Notes under the pieces: generated by a model
Seen by the model: the letters and a program-made list of their open reading frames with translations, nothing else
Database searches by the model: none
Told to the model about the DNA's origin: nothing
Position numbers and translations under genes: made by a program
Shown here: piece after piece, positions 1-9,718 of the stretch
Layout: every line of letters starts with the position of its first letter
How positions within the stretch are numbered: the first letter of the stretch is position 1
NCBI GenBank assembly: GCA_013202715.1
Contig: JABMRF010000007.1
Coordinates: 8,566-72,565 of the forward strand
DNA from: Candidatus Kuenenbacteria bacterium
Lineage (GTDB): Bacteria; Patescibacteriota; Patescibacteriia; UBA11705; JABHMO01
Direction: 5' to 3'
DNA length: 64,000 nt

Positions 1-201
1 TTCCAGGAATTGAATAAAATGTTTAAACGCATCTAACTGTGAATAGATCATTTGACAAAATGTTAAATTTTAGCTAAAATAGTTAAGTAAATTAAGAAAT
101 AATATTGTCCTCAGAAATTATTAAATATTAAGATAATTTCGCTAAAATTAGATAAATTTTATTAAACTATGTCAAACGATAGCTTGATATTAAGTTTTGT
201 G

Positions 202-229
202 TTGACATATTTTTTAAAACCATTATAAT
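202..229 (+). promoter_or_regulatory. sigma70-type promoter for infA operon
   Basis: TTGACA (202-207), 16-nt spacer, TATAAT (224-229). Confidence 0.6.
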
Positions 230-245
230 TAAATTACTTTAATTC

Positions 246-461
246 ATGGCAAAAAAAGACATCATTGAAATGCGGGGTGTGGTTGATGAACTATTACCTG
301 CAGCAGCTTTCATCGTAACTCTGGAAAATGGGCATACGATTACAGCTCATCTAGCAGGAAAAATGCGAATGAACAGAATCAGAATTCTGGTCGGAGATAA
401 GATAAAGGTGGAATTAACGCCTTATGACTTGTCTCGCGGTCGGATAACATATCGCTTTTAG
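246..461 (+). CDS. infA: translation initiation factor IF-1
   Basis: 71 aa; [37 protein letters not shown] signature. Confidence 0.98.
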   Translation: MAKKDIIEMRGVVDELLPAAAFIVTLENGHTITAHLAGKMRMNRIRILVGDKIKVELTPYDLSRGRITYRF

Positions 462-529
462 CAAAACTGATCAAAATTTAAAATCCAAGAAAACTTTTTA
501 TTTTTTTAGTATCGTATTTTGAAATATAT

Positions 530-643
530 ATGAAAGTAAGAGCTTCAGTAAAAAAAATGTGTAAAGATTGCAAGGTTGTCCGTCGCGAACGGAGAGTCCA
601 TGTGATTTGTAAAAACCCTAAGCACAAACAGCGTCAGGGCTAA
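530..643 (+). CDS. rpmJ: 50S ribosomal protein L36 (not in ORF track)
   Basis: Own translation [37 protein letters not shown]; Zn-ribbon form; between infA and rpsM. Confidence 0.98.
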   Translation: MKVRASVKKMCKDCKVVRRERRVHVICKNPKHKQRQG

Positions 644-649
644 ATTTTT

Positions 650-1036
650 ATGGCTAGAATTGCAGGTGTAAACATTCCAAACGATAAAAGAATAGTCATT
701 GCTCTGACTTATATTTTTGGAATTGGATTAACAACTTCAGGAAAAATTTTAGATACATTGAAGATTGATACGAATATTCGAACAAAAGATTTGAGTGAAG
801 ACCAGGTAAATACCATCCGAATAGAAGTTGAAAAAAAGAAAGTTGAGGGAGCATTGAAGAGAGATGTGATGTCAAACGTAAAAAGAATGAAGGAAATTAA
901 ATCATATAGAGGTTCACGGCACGACAAAAATTTACCATGCCGTGGCCAAAGAACAAAAACGAATAGCAGAAGTGTTCGTGGTAATACTAAAAAAACAGTA
1001 GGAAGTGGCCGAAAGGCGTCAGCGCAAAAAACTTAG
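650..1036 (+). CDS. rpsM: 30S ribosomal protein S13
   Basis: [10 protein letters not shown]...[11 protein letters not shown] motifs; operon position. Confidence 0.98.
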   Translation: MARIAGVNIPNDKRIVIALTYIFGIGLTTSGKILDTLKIDTNIRTKDLSEDQVNTIRIEVEKKKVEGALKRDVMSNVKRMKEIKSYRGSRHDKNLPCRGQRTKTNSRSVRGNTKKTVGSGRKASAQKT

Positions 1037-1070
1037 TTGATTAAGTTGATTAGTTAATTAAGTTAATTTA
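1033..1070. repeat. degenerate 8-9-mer tandem repeat (ttagttga/ttaagttga)
   Basis: ttagttgattaagttgattagttaattaagttaattta between rpsM and rpsK. Confidence 0.6.
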
Positions 1071-1080
1071 AACGTTTACT

Positions 1081-1704
1081 ATGGCAGACGAAAAAACAAC
1101 AACAAATGAAAAAAAGCCAAAAGAAATTGTAGAGCCTGTACCAGCAGCTGCTCCTGTTGATGATGCATATGATTCAATTGTGAATTCTGCAGCAAGCGTT
1201 GATGATGCTTTTGCTTCAATAACTTCTGGTGGCGATGACAAGAAGGAAGAGGGAGGTCTCGAGTTTTCTGAAGAACCTGTTGAATTGGCAAAAAAGAAAA
1301 AAGAAGGGAAAAAGGGAGCAAAACCAAAAAAAGGGAAAAAGAAAAAAGTATATAGACAAGTAACAGTTGGTGCTGCTTATATAAAGGCGACTTACAACAA
1401 CACAATCGTTTCTTTGACTGATCAGGCTGGAAATGTGATATCTTTTTCAAGCGCTGGCGCAAATGGATTTCGAGGACCGAAAAAAGCTACACCTTATGCT
1501 GCAACTGTAATTGTTCGCGATGCTGCTGAAAAAGCAAAACCATATGGCCTCAAAGATGTAAATGTCTTTGTTCGTGGTGTGGGTATGGGCCGCGAGTCAG
1601 CAGTAAGAGCATTGAATGCAAATGGACTAAATGTATTATCAATAAAAGACGTAACTCCAATTCCGCACAATGGTTGCCGGAAAAGGAAACCTCGTCGAGT
1701 TTAA
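1081..1704 (+). CDS. rpsK: 30S ribosomal protein S11 with long N-terminal extension
   Basis: [29 protein letters not shown] motifs in C-terminal part. Confidence 0.97.
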   Translation: MADEKTTTNEKKPKEIVEPVPAAAPVDDAYDSIVNSAASVDDAFASITSGGDDKKEEGGLEFSEEPVELAKKKKEGKKGAKPKKGKKKKVYRQVTVGAAYIKATYNNTIVSLTDQAGNVISFSSAGANGFRGPKKATPYAATVIVRDAAEKAKPYGLKDVNVFVRGVGMGRESAVRALNANGLNVLSIKDVTPIPHNGCRKRKPRRV

Positions 1705-1706
1705 AT

Positions 1707-2345
1707 ATGGGAAGAGATTTAACCCAAAAATGTAAACAATGTCGCAGAGAAGGCGTGAAGCTAATGCTGAAAGGCGAACGTTGTGAAAGTACGAAGTGCG
1801 CTCTTGTAAAAAGGAACTATATTCCTGGCGTACATGGTTTGAAATTGGGCCGAGGTGGTCGCATGTCAGGTTATGGAATTCAGCTTCGTGAAAAACAAAA
1901 GGCCAAGAGAACTTATCGACTCATGGAAAAACAGTTTAGAAATTATTTTGATAAAGCGATTAATACAAAAGCTGGAGAAACCGGTGAAAACTTATTCAAT
2001 CTTTTGGAAATGAGAATGGATAATGTAGTATATAAAGCTGGATTTTGTGGAAGTAGAGATTTTGCAAAACAAGCTATTGGCCATGGAGCTTTTCAAGTCA
2101 ATGGAAAAAAACTGGACATCCCATCATATCAAATGAAAGTAAAAGACAAGATAACTATTCGACCGAAAAATCTAAAGATGCCGCAATTTATCGATTTGGC
2201 TGAGAAATTAAAAAAGAGACAACTTCCAGAATGGTTAGCAGTTGATTTGAAGACATTAGAGATCACCGTAATCGGAGTTCCTAATTTACAAAAAGACATT
2301 CCGAGTTTCGATCTAAAGGCAATTATTGAGTTCTATTCTAAATAA
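1707..2345 (+). CDS. rpsD: 30S ribosomal protein S4 (Zn-binding type)
   Basis: CKQCRREG, LREKQKAKRTY, LEMRMDNVVY, IIEFYSK; ATG at 1707 preferred over overlapping start. Confidence 0.97.
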   Translation: MGRDLTQKCKQCRREGVKLMLKGERCESTKCALVKRNYIPGVHGLKLGRGGRMSGYGIQLREKQKAKRTYRLMEKQFRNYFDKAINTKAGETGENLFNLLEMRMDNVVYKAGFCGSRDFAKQAIGHGAFQVNGKKLDIPSYQMKVKDKITIRPKNLKMPQFIDLAEKLKKRQLPEWLAVDLKTLEITVIGVPNLQKDIPSFDLKAIIEFYSK

Positions 2346-2411
2346 AGATAATTAATCAATATCTGTCGCAGGACAACATAAGTCCGAAGGCAGTATAAAC
2401 ACAAAAAAAAT

Positions 2412-3122
2412 ATGGAAAAGCTACTTTTACCGTCAAAGATCTCTTTTGAAAAATCAAAAGAAGCAAACAAATCTGTTTTTACCGTTGAGCCATGCTATTT
2501 TGGCTACGGAACAACACTGGGTAATGCACTTAGACGCGTATTGCTCTCATCACTTCCTGGCGCAGCAGTTACAGCTGTGAAAATCAAGGGCGCAGACCAA
2601 GAATTTTCATCTATGGAAAATGTAAAGGAAGATGTTTTGAATATTTGTTTGAACCTAAAAGCTTTGAATCTAAAAGTTTTTAGCTCAGAGCCAGTGAAGT
2701 TAACTTTGAAAACTAAAGGAGTAAAAGACGTAACTGCCGCTGATTTTGACAAGAACAGTGATGTTGAAATCATTAATACCGACTTAGTACTAGCAACTCT
2801 TACTGATAAAAACGCTGAAATGGAAATGGAAATTACAGTTGAACAGGGAAGAGGATATAGTCCGACCGAAGAGAGAAGTAAGGATGAAATTGAGATTGGA
2901 ACAATTTTGATCGACGCCTTGTTCTCACCAGTTCAAAAAGTTGGTTATAAAGTTATTCCAGTTCGAGTTGGTGATATCACTAACTATGATAAATTAACAA
3001 TGGAAATTGAAACTGATGGAACGATTACTCCTGAGGAAGCCGTAGATCAGACAGTAAAAATATTAATTGACCATTTTTCTCTATTAACAACTACTAAAGA
3101 AGAAGAAAAAGCCGCGGAATAA
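2412..3122 (+). CDS. rpoA: RNA polymerase alpha subunit, NTD only (236 aa)
   Basis: GYGTTLGNALRRVLLSSLPGAAVT, GRGY, IETDGTITPEEA; ends before the usual CTD. Confidence 0.95.
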   Translation: MEKLLLPSKISFEKSKEANKSVFTVEPCYFGYGTTLGNALRRVLLSSLPGAAVTAVKIKGADQEFSSMENVKEDVLNICLNLKALNLKVFSSEPVKLTLKTKGVKDVTAADFDKNSDVEIINTDLVLATLTDKNAEMEMEITVEQGRGYSPTEERSKDEIEIGTILIDALFSPVQKVGYKVIPVRVGDITNYDKLTMEIETDGTITPEEAVDQTVKILIDHFSLLTTTKEEEKAAE

Positions 3123-3238
3123 AGCGGATCCAACCCTTCGATAAACTCAGGGCAGGCGCGGATATAGCGGAAAGTGCACAACACATGTTAGCACGATCCG
3201 TATTAATCCGCGTATAATCCGTTAAATCCGCGTTTACA
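3113..3238. repeat. inverted short-period repeat hairpin (gcgga / tccgc) with nested REP-like insert
   Basis: gcggaat..gcggat..gcggat..gcggaa then atccgt..atccgcgt..atccgt..atccgcgt; insert cccttcgataaactcagggcaggc near 3133-3156. Confidence 0.75.
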
Positions 3239-3239
3239 T

Positions 3240-3590
3240 ATGAGACACCATAAAACAACACCAAGTTTAAGCCGAAAAGTAGGCCCAAGAAAAGCATTGC
3301 TAAGAGGATTAGCAACAAGTTTGGTGTTGAATGGAAAAATGAAAACCACTCTGCCAAAGGCAAAAGCAATTCAGCCGATTGTCGAAAAATATGTAACGAC
3401 CAGCAAGAAGAAAAATCTTGCCAATCGAAGACAGTTATTGAAATATTTTTATGAAGAAAAAGCTGTGAATATATTGCTTGATGAATTGGGACCAAAATAC
3501 AAAGAACGTCCAGGTGGTTACACCAGAATTGCAAAACTTGGTAAAAGAAAAGGTGATGACGCTGAAATGGCGCTAATCGAATTCGTGTAA
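3240..3590 (+). CDS. rplQ: 50S ribosomal protein L17
   Basis: MRHH..., TTLPKAK, RPGGYTRIAKLGKRKGDDAEMALIE. Confidence 0.98.
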   Translation: MRHHKTTPSLSRKVGPRKALLRGLATSLVLNGKMKTTLPKAKAIQPIVEKYVTTSKKKNLANRRQLLKYFYEEKAVNILLDELGPKYKERPGGYTRIAKLGKRKGDDAEMALIEFV

Positions 3591-3695
3591 ATCACGAATA
3601 GCACGAATTAGCGCGAATAAGCACGAACATCATTAGCGAAATTAAATAATGTATTTATTGGCGAATATTCGAGTGAATTCGCGAAATTAGTGATT
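3591..3695. repeat. inverted short-period repeat hairpin (cacgaat / attcg, ~10-nt period)
   Basis: cacgaatagcacgaattagcgcgaataagcacgaa ... attcgagtgaattcgcgaaattagtg. Confidence 0.7.
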
Positions 3696-3699
3696 ATAT

Positions 3700-4056
3700 A
3701 TGGAAAGAAAATTACACAAAATTGATGCAAATGGTAAAGTCTTGGGGCGTTTAGCTTCAGAGATTGCAATTATATTACATGGAAAACACAAGGTTGAGTA
3801 TCAAGCAAATACAGATATTGGTGATATTGTTGAAGTGACCAACTATGATAAAGTAAAAGTGACCGGTAATAAAGTTAATGATAAATTATACCACCATCAT
3901 TCAGGTTATATTGGAGGATTGAAAACCACCAATTTTAAAAAGAAAATGGAAAAAGATCCAAAGTTTATTTTACACAATGCAGTTTTCCATATGTTGCCAA
4001 AGAATAAGCTGAGAGCGCACATGATTAAACGACTTAAATTTATTGAAACTAAATAA
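3700..4056 (+). CDS. rplM: 50S ribosomal protein L13 (short form)
   Basis: IDANGKVLGRLAS, HHSGYIGGLK, MLPKNKL. Confidence 0.96.
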   Translation: MERKLHKIDANGKVLGRLASEIAIILHGKHKVEYQANTDIGDIVEVTNYDKVKVTGNKVNDKLYHHHSGYIGGLKTTNFKKKMEKDPKFILHNAVFHMLPKNKLRAHMIKRLKFIETK

Positions 4057-4058
4057 AT

Positions 4059-4658
4059 ATGGCCACAGAAAAGAAAACAACTACTAAGACTGAAAAAAAA
4101 CCCCAGCCAAAGACTGATTCGCCTGTGGCGAAGGCAGTTAAAAAACCGGCAGCACCGAAAAAAATAACAAAGAAAAAAGCTGAGCCTAAAACAGCCGCCG
4201 TTAAAGTTGAAAAAAAAGAACCGGTAAAGCCAGCAGAAGTAAAAGAAAAAGTTGTAAAAAAGACAGGTGGTGAATATTTATATGGTGTCGGACGAAGAAA
4301 AACCGGCATTGCGCAGGTTAGAGTTTACAAAAAAGGTACAGGAAAAGTTACTGTTAATGAAAAAGATTCCTTGCATTATTTTCCAACCGCAGAGCAGCAA
4401 GAGCGGATAATGTCTCCTCTGAAAATTGTTGGGCAGGTTGGTAAGCTCGATGTAACCGTGAAAGTTAGTGGTGGTGGGCCGATCGCTCAGGCCGGTGCAA
4501 TTCGTCATGGAATATCTCGCGCACTGTTGCAGCTAAATCCTAATTTCAAAAAACCATTGAAAAAAGCCGGCTATCTGACTCGTGATCCGAGAAAGAAAGA
4601 AAGAAAGAAACCGGGTTTGAAGAGAGCCAGAAAAGCTCCACAGTGGAAGAAACGTTAA
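4059..4658 (+). CDS. rpsI: 30S ribosomal protein S9 with Lys-rich N-terminal extension
   Basis: GVGRRKT, LTRDPRKKERKKPGLKRARKAPQWKKR. Confidence 0.97.
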   Translation: MATEKKTTTKTEKKPQPKTDSPVAKAVKKPAAPKKITKKKAEPKTAAVKVEKKEPVKPAEVKEKVVKKTGGEYLYGVGRRKTGIAQVRVYKKGTGKVTVNEKDSLHYFPTAEQQERIMSPLKIVGQVGKLDVTVKVSGGGPIAQAGAIRHGISRALLQLNPNFKKPLKKAGYLTRDPRKKERKKPGLKRARKAPQWKKR

Positions 4659-4682
4659 ATATAAGAATCAGATACTATATAA

Positions 4683-4708
4683 AAAACCGCTCCTTTGGGG
4701 CGGTTTTT
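4683..4708 (+). terminator. intrinsic terminator after rpsI
   Basis: aaaaccgctcc-ttt-ggggcggttttt. Confidence 0.8.
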
Positions 4709-4766
4709 GGATTGAGGTCTTAGGAAACATTGCAATTTTAGTATATTTTAGTTATAATTCTTTTAT

Positions 4767-6221
4767 ATGGCTACGGAAACCGTAACAAAAAACACAACTT
4801 ATCTGACCAGTTCCTATATTTGGCAAAAACTTTTGTCGTTTTTTTATTTTGTAATGGTGGCTCGATTTATCGGTGTGGAAAATCTTGGTAAATATGCATT
4901 TGCAATTTCATTTGTAACGCTGTTCGCAGTTTTTGTTGATCTGGGCCTAAATCAGGCTCTGATTCGGGAGTCAGCAAAATTTCAGGAAAAATCAAAAAAT
5001 TACTTGTCTTCAATTTTGTCGGTCAAAGTTTTGGGATCATTTATCGTCTATATAATTGTGGTCGTTTTAATTAATCTCCTCAACTATCCAACTCTCACAA
5101 AAACTCTGGTTTATCTGGCCGGAATTCCAATGATTTTTGACCAGTTTGCAAATACTTTCTGGGCAGTTTTTCGTGGTCATCAAAATCTAAAATGGGAAGC
5201 AATCAGTATTGCCATTAATCAGGTGATAATTTTAGTGATTGGATTGACCGTACTGTATTTGCGTTTGCCTCTGGTCTGGTTAATGCTTCCGTTTATCTGC
5301 GCCAGCTTATTCAGTTTCTTGTTTGCCGGCTATAGCGTTAGAAAGATTTTGAAAGTAAAATATTTATTAAGATTTGACAAAAAGATCTTGCTGTTTCTGT
5401 TTTCAATCGCGGTCCCGTTTGCCCTGATCGCAGTTTTCAGTCGCGTGTATGGATATATTGATACAGTAATGCTCTCTAAAATGATTGGCGACAAAGCGGT
5501 TGGCTGGTATCAGGTGGCCATGAAAATTCCGTTTGCTTTGCAATTTATCCCAGCCGCACTCGCCGCAGCGATCTTTCCGGCCTTTAGTCATCATTTTTTA
5601 CATAATAAAGGACAGCTCAAATTTACTTTTGACCGCGTCATGAAGTTTTTGATGATTATTGTTGTACCGATCTCAGTCGGGGTGGCGGTTTTGGCAAGGC
5701 CAATTATCATGTTCTTTTATGGGCCCGAATATGAGCCTTCGATTCTGCCATTGCAAATCCTAATGGCAGGATTGATTTTTGTGTTTTTGAATTTTCCACT
5801 TGGTTCACTGCTAAATGCTTGCAATAAACACGTTACGAATATGATTTTGGTTGGGGTGATTATGGTTATAAATATCGGGTTAAATATATATTTGATTCCT
5901 GAATATAGTTTTGTTGGAGCAGCTTTTTCATTTTTAGTAAGCCATTGTTTATTATTTATCGTCAGTTTATTTGTTGCAAATAAAATTATTCCGTACAGCA
6001 AATTCAACTTATTGTCCGTTATTTTGAAAACAATGATCAGCGTTTTGGCAATGGGCGTTGTTTTGACGTATTTAATTAGCACGTTGCATTTTATAGTTTT
6101 AATTGCAATTGGCGCCTTGATTTACCTTGGTGTCATGTTTATTATCAGAGGCTTTACCACAAATGATTTAAAATATTTTTGGCAGGTTTTGATAAAAAGA
6201 AAGAAGGTGGGGGATTCCTAA
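4767..6221 (+). CDS. Wzx-like polysaccharide flippase (MOP superfamily)
   Basis: 484 aa with many TM segments; ARFIGVENLGKY, DLGL, IDTVMLSKM..AVGWY patterns. Confidence 0.85.
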   Translation: MATETVTKNTTYLTSSYIWQKLLSFFYFVMVARFIGVENLGKYAFAISFVTLFAVFVDLGLNQALIRESAKFQEKSKNYLSSILSVKVLGSFIVYIIVVVLINLLNYPTLTKTLVYLAGIPMIFDQFANTFWAVFRGHQNLKWEAISIAINQVIILVIGLTVLYLRLPLVWLMLPFICASLFSFLFAGYSVRKILKVKYLLRFDKKILLFLFSIAVPFALIAVFSRVYGYIDTVMLSKMIGDKAVGWYQVAMKIPFALQFIPAALAAAIFPAFSHHFLHNKGQLKFTFDRVMKFLMIIVVPISVGVAVLARPIIMFFYGPEYEPSILPLQILMAGLIFVFLNFPLGSLLNACNKHVTNMILVGVIMVINIGLNIYLIPEYSFVGAAFSFLVSHCLLFIVSLFVANKIIPYSKFNLLSVILKTMISVLAMGVVLTYLISTLHFIVLIAIGALIYLGVMFIIRGFTTNDLKYFWQVLIKRKKVGDS

Positions 6222-6279
6222 TTTGATTGACAATTCGTCAGATAAAGGATAAGAAGGGAGTGAACAGTTATTCTGATTT

Positions 6280-7419
6280 ATGAAAAGAACACTATTGGTC
6301 ACAATTGATTTTCCGCCAATGTTTGGAGGAGTGGCAAATTATTGGGCAAATTTATGTCGCTGCATGCCAAGCGATAGTTTTGTAGTATTGGCGCAGGAAT
6401 ATGACAATTCCCTAGATTTTGATATCAAGCAAAATTATTTAATATATCGAAAAAATTTAATTTCAAATAATAAATGGCTGTGGCCGAAATGGCTACCGCT
6501 TTTGTATCAAACTTACAAATTAATTCGAAGTGAAAATATAAAGAAACTGGTTGTCGGACATGTCTTGCCAACCGGAACGGTAGCATATATATTAAAAAAA
6601 TTATTACGTGTCCCGTATCTGGTTTCGATTCATGGACTGGACATTGCCATTGCGCAACAGAACAAAAGAAAAAAATGGCTTATGCGAAAAGTGTTTAGTC
6701 AGGCGGAAAAAATTATTACAAATAGTAATTATACAAAAGAACAACTTCTCAAATTGGATTGTTGTGTGAAAGATGATGTTGTTGTTGTCTATCCTTGTCC
6801 GAATAAAACCCTTGGAAAGGGAAGTGAGGAATTTAAACAAAGAGTGTTTCAGAATAATAATTTGCAGAATAAAAAGATCATCTTAACGGTCGGTCGACTG
6901 GTTGAAAGAAAGGGCCATGATAAAGTAATTGAAGCTATGCCTGAGATTTTGGAGAAGATTCCAAATGCAGTTTATATTATTGTTGGTCAGGGGAAGCAAC
7001 TTTCAGATTTAAAAACAAAAGCCGAAGAGATACAGGTAAAAGACAAAGTTTTATTTTTTACAGACATGATGGACAATGAGTTACCTACGTTTTACGAGCT
7101 GGCTGATGTGTTTATCATGCCGTCACGTCAACTTGCCAATGGCGATGTGGAGGGGTTTGGTATAGTCTATTTAGAAGCAAATATCTACGCTAAGCCTGCT
7201 ATTGCCGGAAAGTCCGGTGGAGCAGTTGAGGCGGTAGAGCATAATTTAAATGGATTGTTAGTTGATCCGTTAAATATCAATGAAATCAGCCAGGCAATTG
7301 TTTCAGTTCTTGAAAATCAGACCAAAGCAAAAGAATTGGGGGAGAGAGGGCGTGAGCGCGTAATCGAAAAATTCAATTGGGAAAAACAAGCGGCTGAGTT
7401 AGTGAAGATATTGAGTTAA
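6280..7419 (+). CDS. GT4 family glycosyltransferase
   Basis: FPPMFGGV, VGRLVERKG, EGFGIVYLEA motifs. Confidence 0.92.
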   Translation: MKRTLLVTIDFPPMFGGVANYWANLCRCMPSDSFVVLAQEYDNSLDFDIKQNYLIYRKNLISNNKWLWPKWLPLLYQTYKLIRSENIKKLVVGHVLPTGTVAYILKKLLRVPYLVSIHGLDIAIAQQNKRKKWLMRKVFSQAEKIITNSNYTKEQLLKLDCCVKDDVVVVYPCPNKTLGKGSEEFKQRVFQNNNLQNKKIILTVGRLVERKGHDKVIEAMPEILEKIPNAVYIIVGQGKQLSDLKTKAEEIQVKDKVLFFTDMMDNELPTFYELADVFIMPSRQLANGDVEGFGIVYLEANIYAKPAIAGKSGGAVEAVEHNLNGLLVDPLNINEISQAIVSVLENQTKAKELGERGRERVIEKFNWEKQAAELVKILS

Positions 7420-7431
7420 TTAATCATAAAT

Positions 7432-8106
7432 ATGAAAAAATTCGTTCTTGATCTCGGCGGATCAATTGTGGCGCCGGAAAAGTTTGATACTGAGTTTTTG
7501 CAGAAAATGCGAAGTTTGCTGTTGCGTCACATTACAGATAGTCAGTTTTTTGTTGTAATTGGCGGCGGTTATGTTTGCCGAAAATACCTTCAGGGTGCGA
7601 AAAGTGTAACATCCCTTGAGCCAAGTGATTTGGATTGGCTCGGAATTCAGGCCACCAGATTAAATGCCAAATTTTTCCAAACAATAATAGGCGATGCTGC
7701 TTGTTCAGAGATTTTCTTGGATCCAAATGAAATGCCAAAAACTGACAAGAAAATAATTGTTGGTGGGGGATGGGAACCTGGAAATTCAACTGACTATGTG
7801 GCCACCGTCATTGCCAAGAATCAGCAGGTTGATACTTTGGTTGTCCTTACAAATGTGACGCACGTTTACGACAAGGATCCAAACAAATTCGATGATGCTG
7901 AGCAGTTTGATGATATGACATGGTCCGAGCTCAAGGCCATTATTGGCGATGAGTGGATTCCAGGCGCAAAGTTGCCACTTGACCCATTGGCTTGCCAATT
8001 GGCTGAAAAGGCTGGCTTGAAAGTTGTCGTCATGCACGGAGAAAATATCGACAATTTTGAAAAGTTTTTGAATGGTGAGGATTTTGTAGGTACAACAATC
8101 AGCTAG
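7432..8106 (+). CDS. pyrH: UMP kinase (archaeal-type)
   Basis: LGGS, VIGGG, DWLGIQATRLNA, PGNSTD, VYDKDP. Confidence 0.88.
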   Translation: MKKFVLDLGGSIVAPEKFDTEFLQKMRSLLLRHITDSQFFVVIGGGYVCRKYLQGAKSVTSLEPSDLDWLGIQATRLNAKFFQTIIGDAACSEIFLDPNEMPKTDKKIIVGGGWEPGNSTDYVATVIAKNQQVDTLVVLTNVTHVYDKDPNKFDDAEQFDDMTWSELKAIIGDEWIPGAKLPLDPLACQLAEKAGLKVVVMHGENIDNFEKFLNGEDFVGTTIS

Positions 8107-8179
8107 TTAATAAATATAAGCGCCATGAATTTAAATATATAAATTGCGTTTTTGTTTAATTTTAGCAAATAAATACCTC

Positions 8180-8208
8180 TTGACGCATGTTTTATTTTCT
8201 AGTATACT
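8180..8208 (+). promoter_or_regulatory. promoter for rplJ-rplL
   Basis: TTGACG-17 nt-TATACT. Confidence 0.65.
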
Positions 8209-8224
8209 AATAACAACAATAAAA

Positions 8225-8275
8225 CTCCATAGACAGCAGGTGTTCTTTTCAAGAGCTTAATTTCCTGTCGAGGAA
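8225..8275 (+). promoter_or_regulatory. L10 leader (ribosomal protein autoregulatory RNA)
   Basis: ccatagacagcaggtg...ttaatttcctgtcgagg resembles L10-leader consensus; upstream of rplJ. Confidence 0.75.
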
Positions 8276-8279
8276 TAAG

Positions 8280-8430
8280 TCAACTTAATTAACTCAATTA
8301 ACTTAATTAACTTGAGTTCATGTCTGTGGATGTTTTCACAGATTTTTTTAATTTCGAATTATGGATTTATGTAGATTTTACGGATTAGTTATATCCGCTC
8401 AATCCGCGTTTGATCCGCAATATCCGCGTT
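8280..8430. repeat. two short-period repeat tracts in rplJ leader
   Basis: (aacttaatt)n at 8280-8317; ggatt / atccgc inverted tract at 8360-8430. Confidence 0.65.
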
Positions 8431-8437
8431 ATATTAT

Positions 8438-8959
8438 ATGCCTAAGACAAAAGAACAAAAAGAGAAAATTGTAAAAGATTTATCAGATATTATATCTTCT
8501 GCTAAGTCTGTTATAATTGCCAATCATGAAGGGCTGACTGTGAACGATGCACAATTGCTCCGCGAAAATTGCAAAGAGCAAAATGTTCAATTCGTTTCAG
8601 TCAAGAAATCTTTATTAAAATTGGCATTCGCTTCTGCTGGACTAAAAGATGTTGATACAAAAGCAATGGAAGGTAGTTTGGCTGTAGCTATTAGTAAAGA
8701 AGACGAAGTTGCTCCGGCAAAGATTCTAAAAGAATTTGCCAAAAAGCACGAGCAGGTAGTTTTCAACGGCGGAGTTTTGGAAGGCGAGATGGTCTCAGTT
8801 GAGCAAATTGAAAAGTTGGCTGAATTACCAAGCAAACAAGAACTTTATGCCAAGATCGTGGGGTCAATCAAGGCGCCAGTTTCCGGATTTGTTAATGTTT
8901 TGAGAGGAAACCTAAGTGGATTAATTAATGTATTGAATTCTATTAAAGAAACAAAGTGA
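8438..8959 (+). CDS. rplJ: 50S ribosomal protein L10
   Basis: MPKTKEQKE, GLTV, LAELPSKQELYA; precedes rplL. Confidence 0.96.
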   Translation: MPKTKEQKEKIVKDLSDIISSAKSVIIANHEGLTVNDAQLLRENCKEQNVQFVSVKKSLLKLAFASAGLKDVDTKAMEGSLAVAISKEDEVAPAKILKEFAKKHEQVVFNGGVLEGEMVSVEQIEKLAELPSKQELYAKIVGSIKAPVSGFVNVLRGNLSGLINVLNSIKETK

Positions 8960-8960
8960 A

Positions 8961-9049
8961 AAGCAAGACGAGCAAGACAAGCAAGAAAAGCAAGACGAGT
9001 AAATTTGGATACTTGTCTGGCTGGTCTCGCTGGTTTCACTTGTCTCGCT
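8961..9049. repeat. inverted 9-mer repeat hairpin (gcaagacga / cttgtct)
   Basis: gcaagacgagcaagacaagcaagaaaagcaagacgag ... cttgtctggctggtctcgctggtttcacttgtctcgc. Confidence 0.8.
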
Positions 9050-9057
9050 AAAATAAT

Positions 9058-9555
9058 ATGACAGACGAAAAAACAACAGCTCCAGTAGAGGAGAAGAAAG
9101 AAGCAGCTCCAGTAGCTGAGGAAAAAGTATCCACCTCCGCTGAAGCTACGGCGGACAAGGAAGAAACAAAGGATGTAGAAGTTCCAGCAAAGTTCAAATC
9201 TCTAGTTGAAGAAATTGAAAAAATGTCAGTTATGGATTTGGCAGAGCTTGTAAAAATCCTTGAAGAAAAATTTGGTGTCAGCGCTGCTGCTCCAATGATG
9301 GCTATGGCTGCCGGACCTGGCGCTGCAGCTGAAATAGAAGAAAAATCAGAATTCGATGTAGAATTAGTTGCCTGTGGTGAAAACAAAATCGCAGTTATCA
9401 AGGTTGTAAAAGAAATCTCAGGCCTTGGTCTAAAAGATGCAAAAGATCTAGTTGACGCAGCTCCAAAGGTTTTGAAAGAAGCCGTGAAAAAAGAAGAAGC
9501 TGAAGAAATGAAGAAAAAGATCGAAGAAGCTGGTGGTACTGTAAATTTGAAATAA
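9058..9555 (+). CDS. rplL: 50S ribosomal protein L7/L12 with N-terminal extension
   Basis: [35 protein letters not shown]. Confidence 0.97.
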   Translation: MTDEKTTAPVEEKKEAAPVAEEKVSTSAEATADKEETKDVEVPAKFKSLVEEIEKMSVMDLAELVKILEEKFGVSAAAPMMAMAAGPGAAAEIEEKSEFDVELVACGENKIAVIKVVKEISGLGLKDAKDLVDAAPKVLKEAVKKEEAEEMKKKIEEAGGTVNLK

Positions 9556-9579
9556 GATTTATACTTCAAAATAAGCAAA

Positions 9580-9605
9580 AAATCCCGCTTTAACCGGGAT
9601 TTTTT
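9580..9605 (+). terminator. terminator after rplL
   Basis: aaatcccg-ctttaac-cgggattttt. Confidence 0.75.
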
Positions 9606-9718
9606 GTTTGACTTTTCGTCTTTGCTCAGGGTCCTTGACATTGTTTTGTGAATTTGTTAATATTAAAAGTCCGGTGTTCATCAAAAGAATTGAAGTTACA
9701 ATCAATAAGGAGAAGGAA

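Noticed and set aside
1-245. Upstream gene end (FQELNKMFKRI*, 1-36) and AT-rich tract as a possible origin
   Set aside because: Too short to identify; no DnaA-box cluster.
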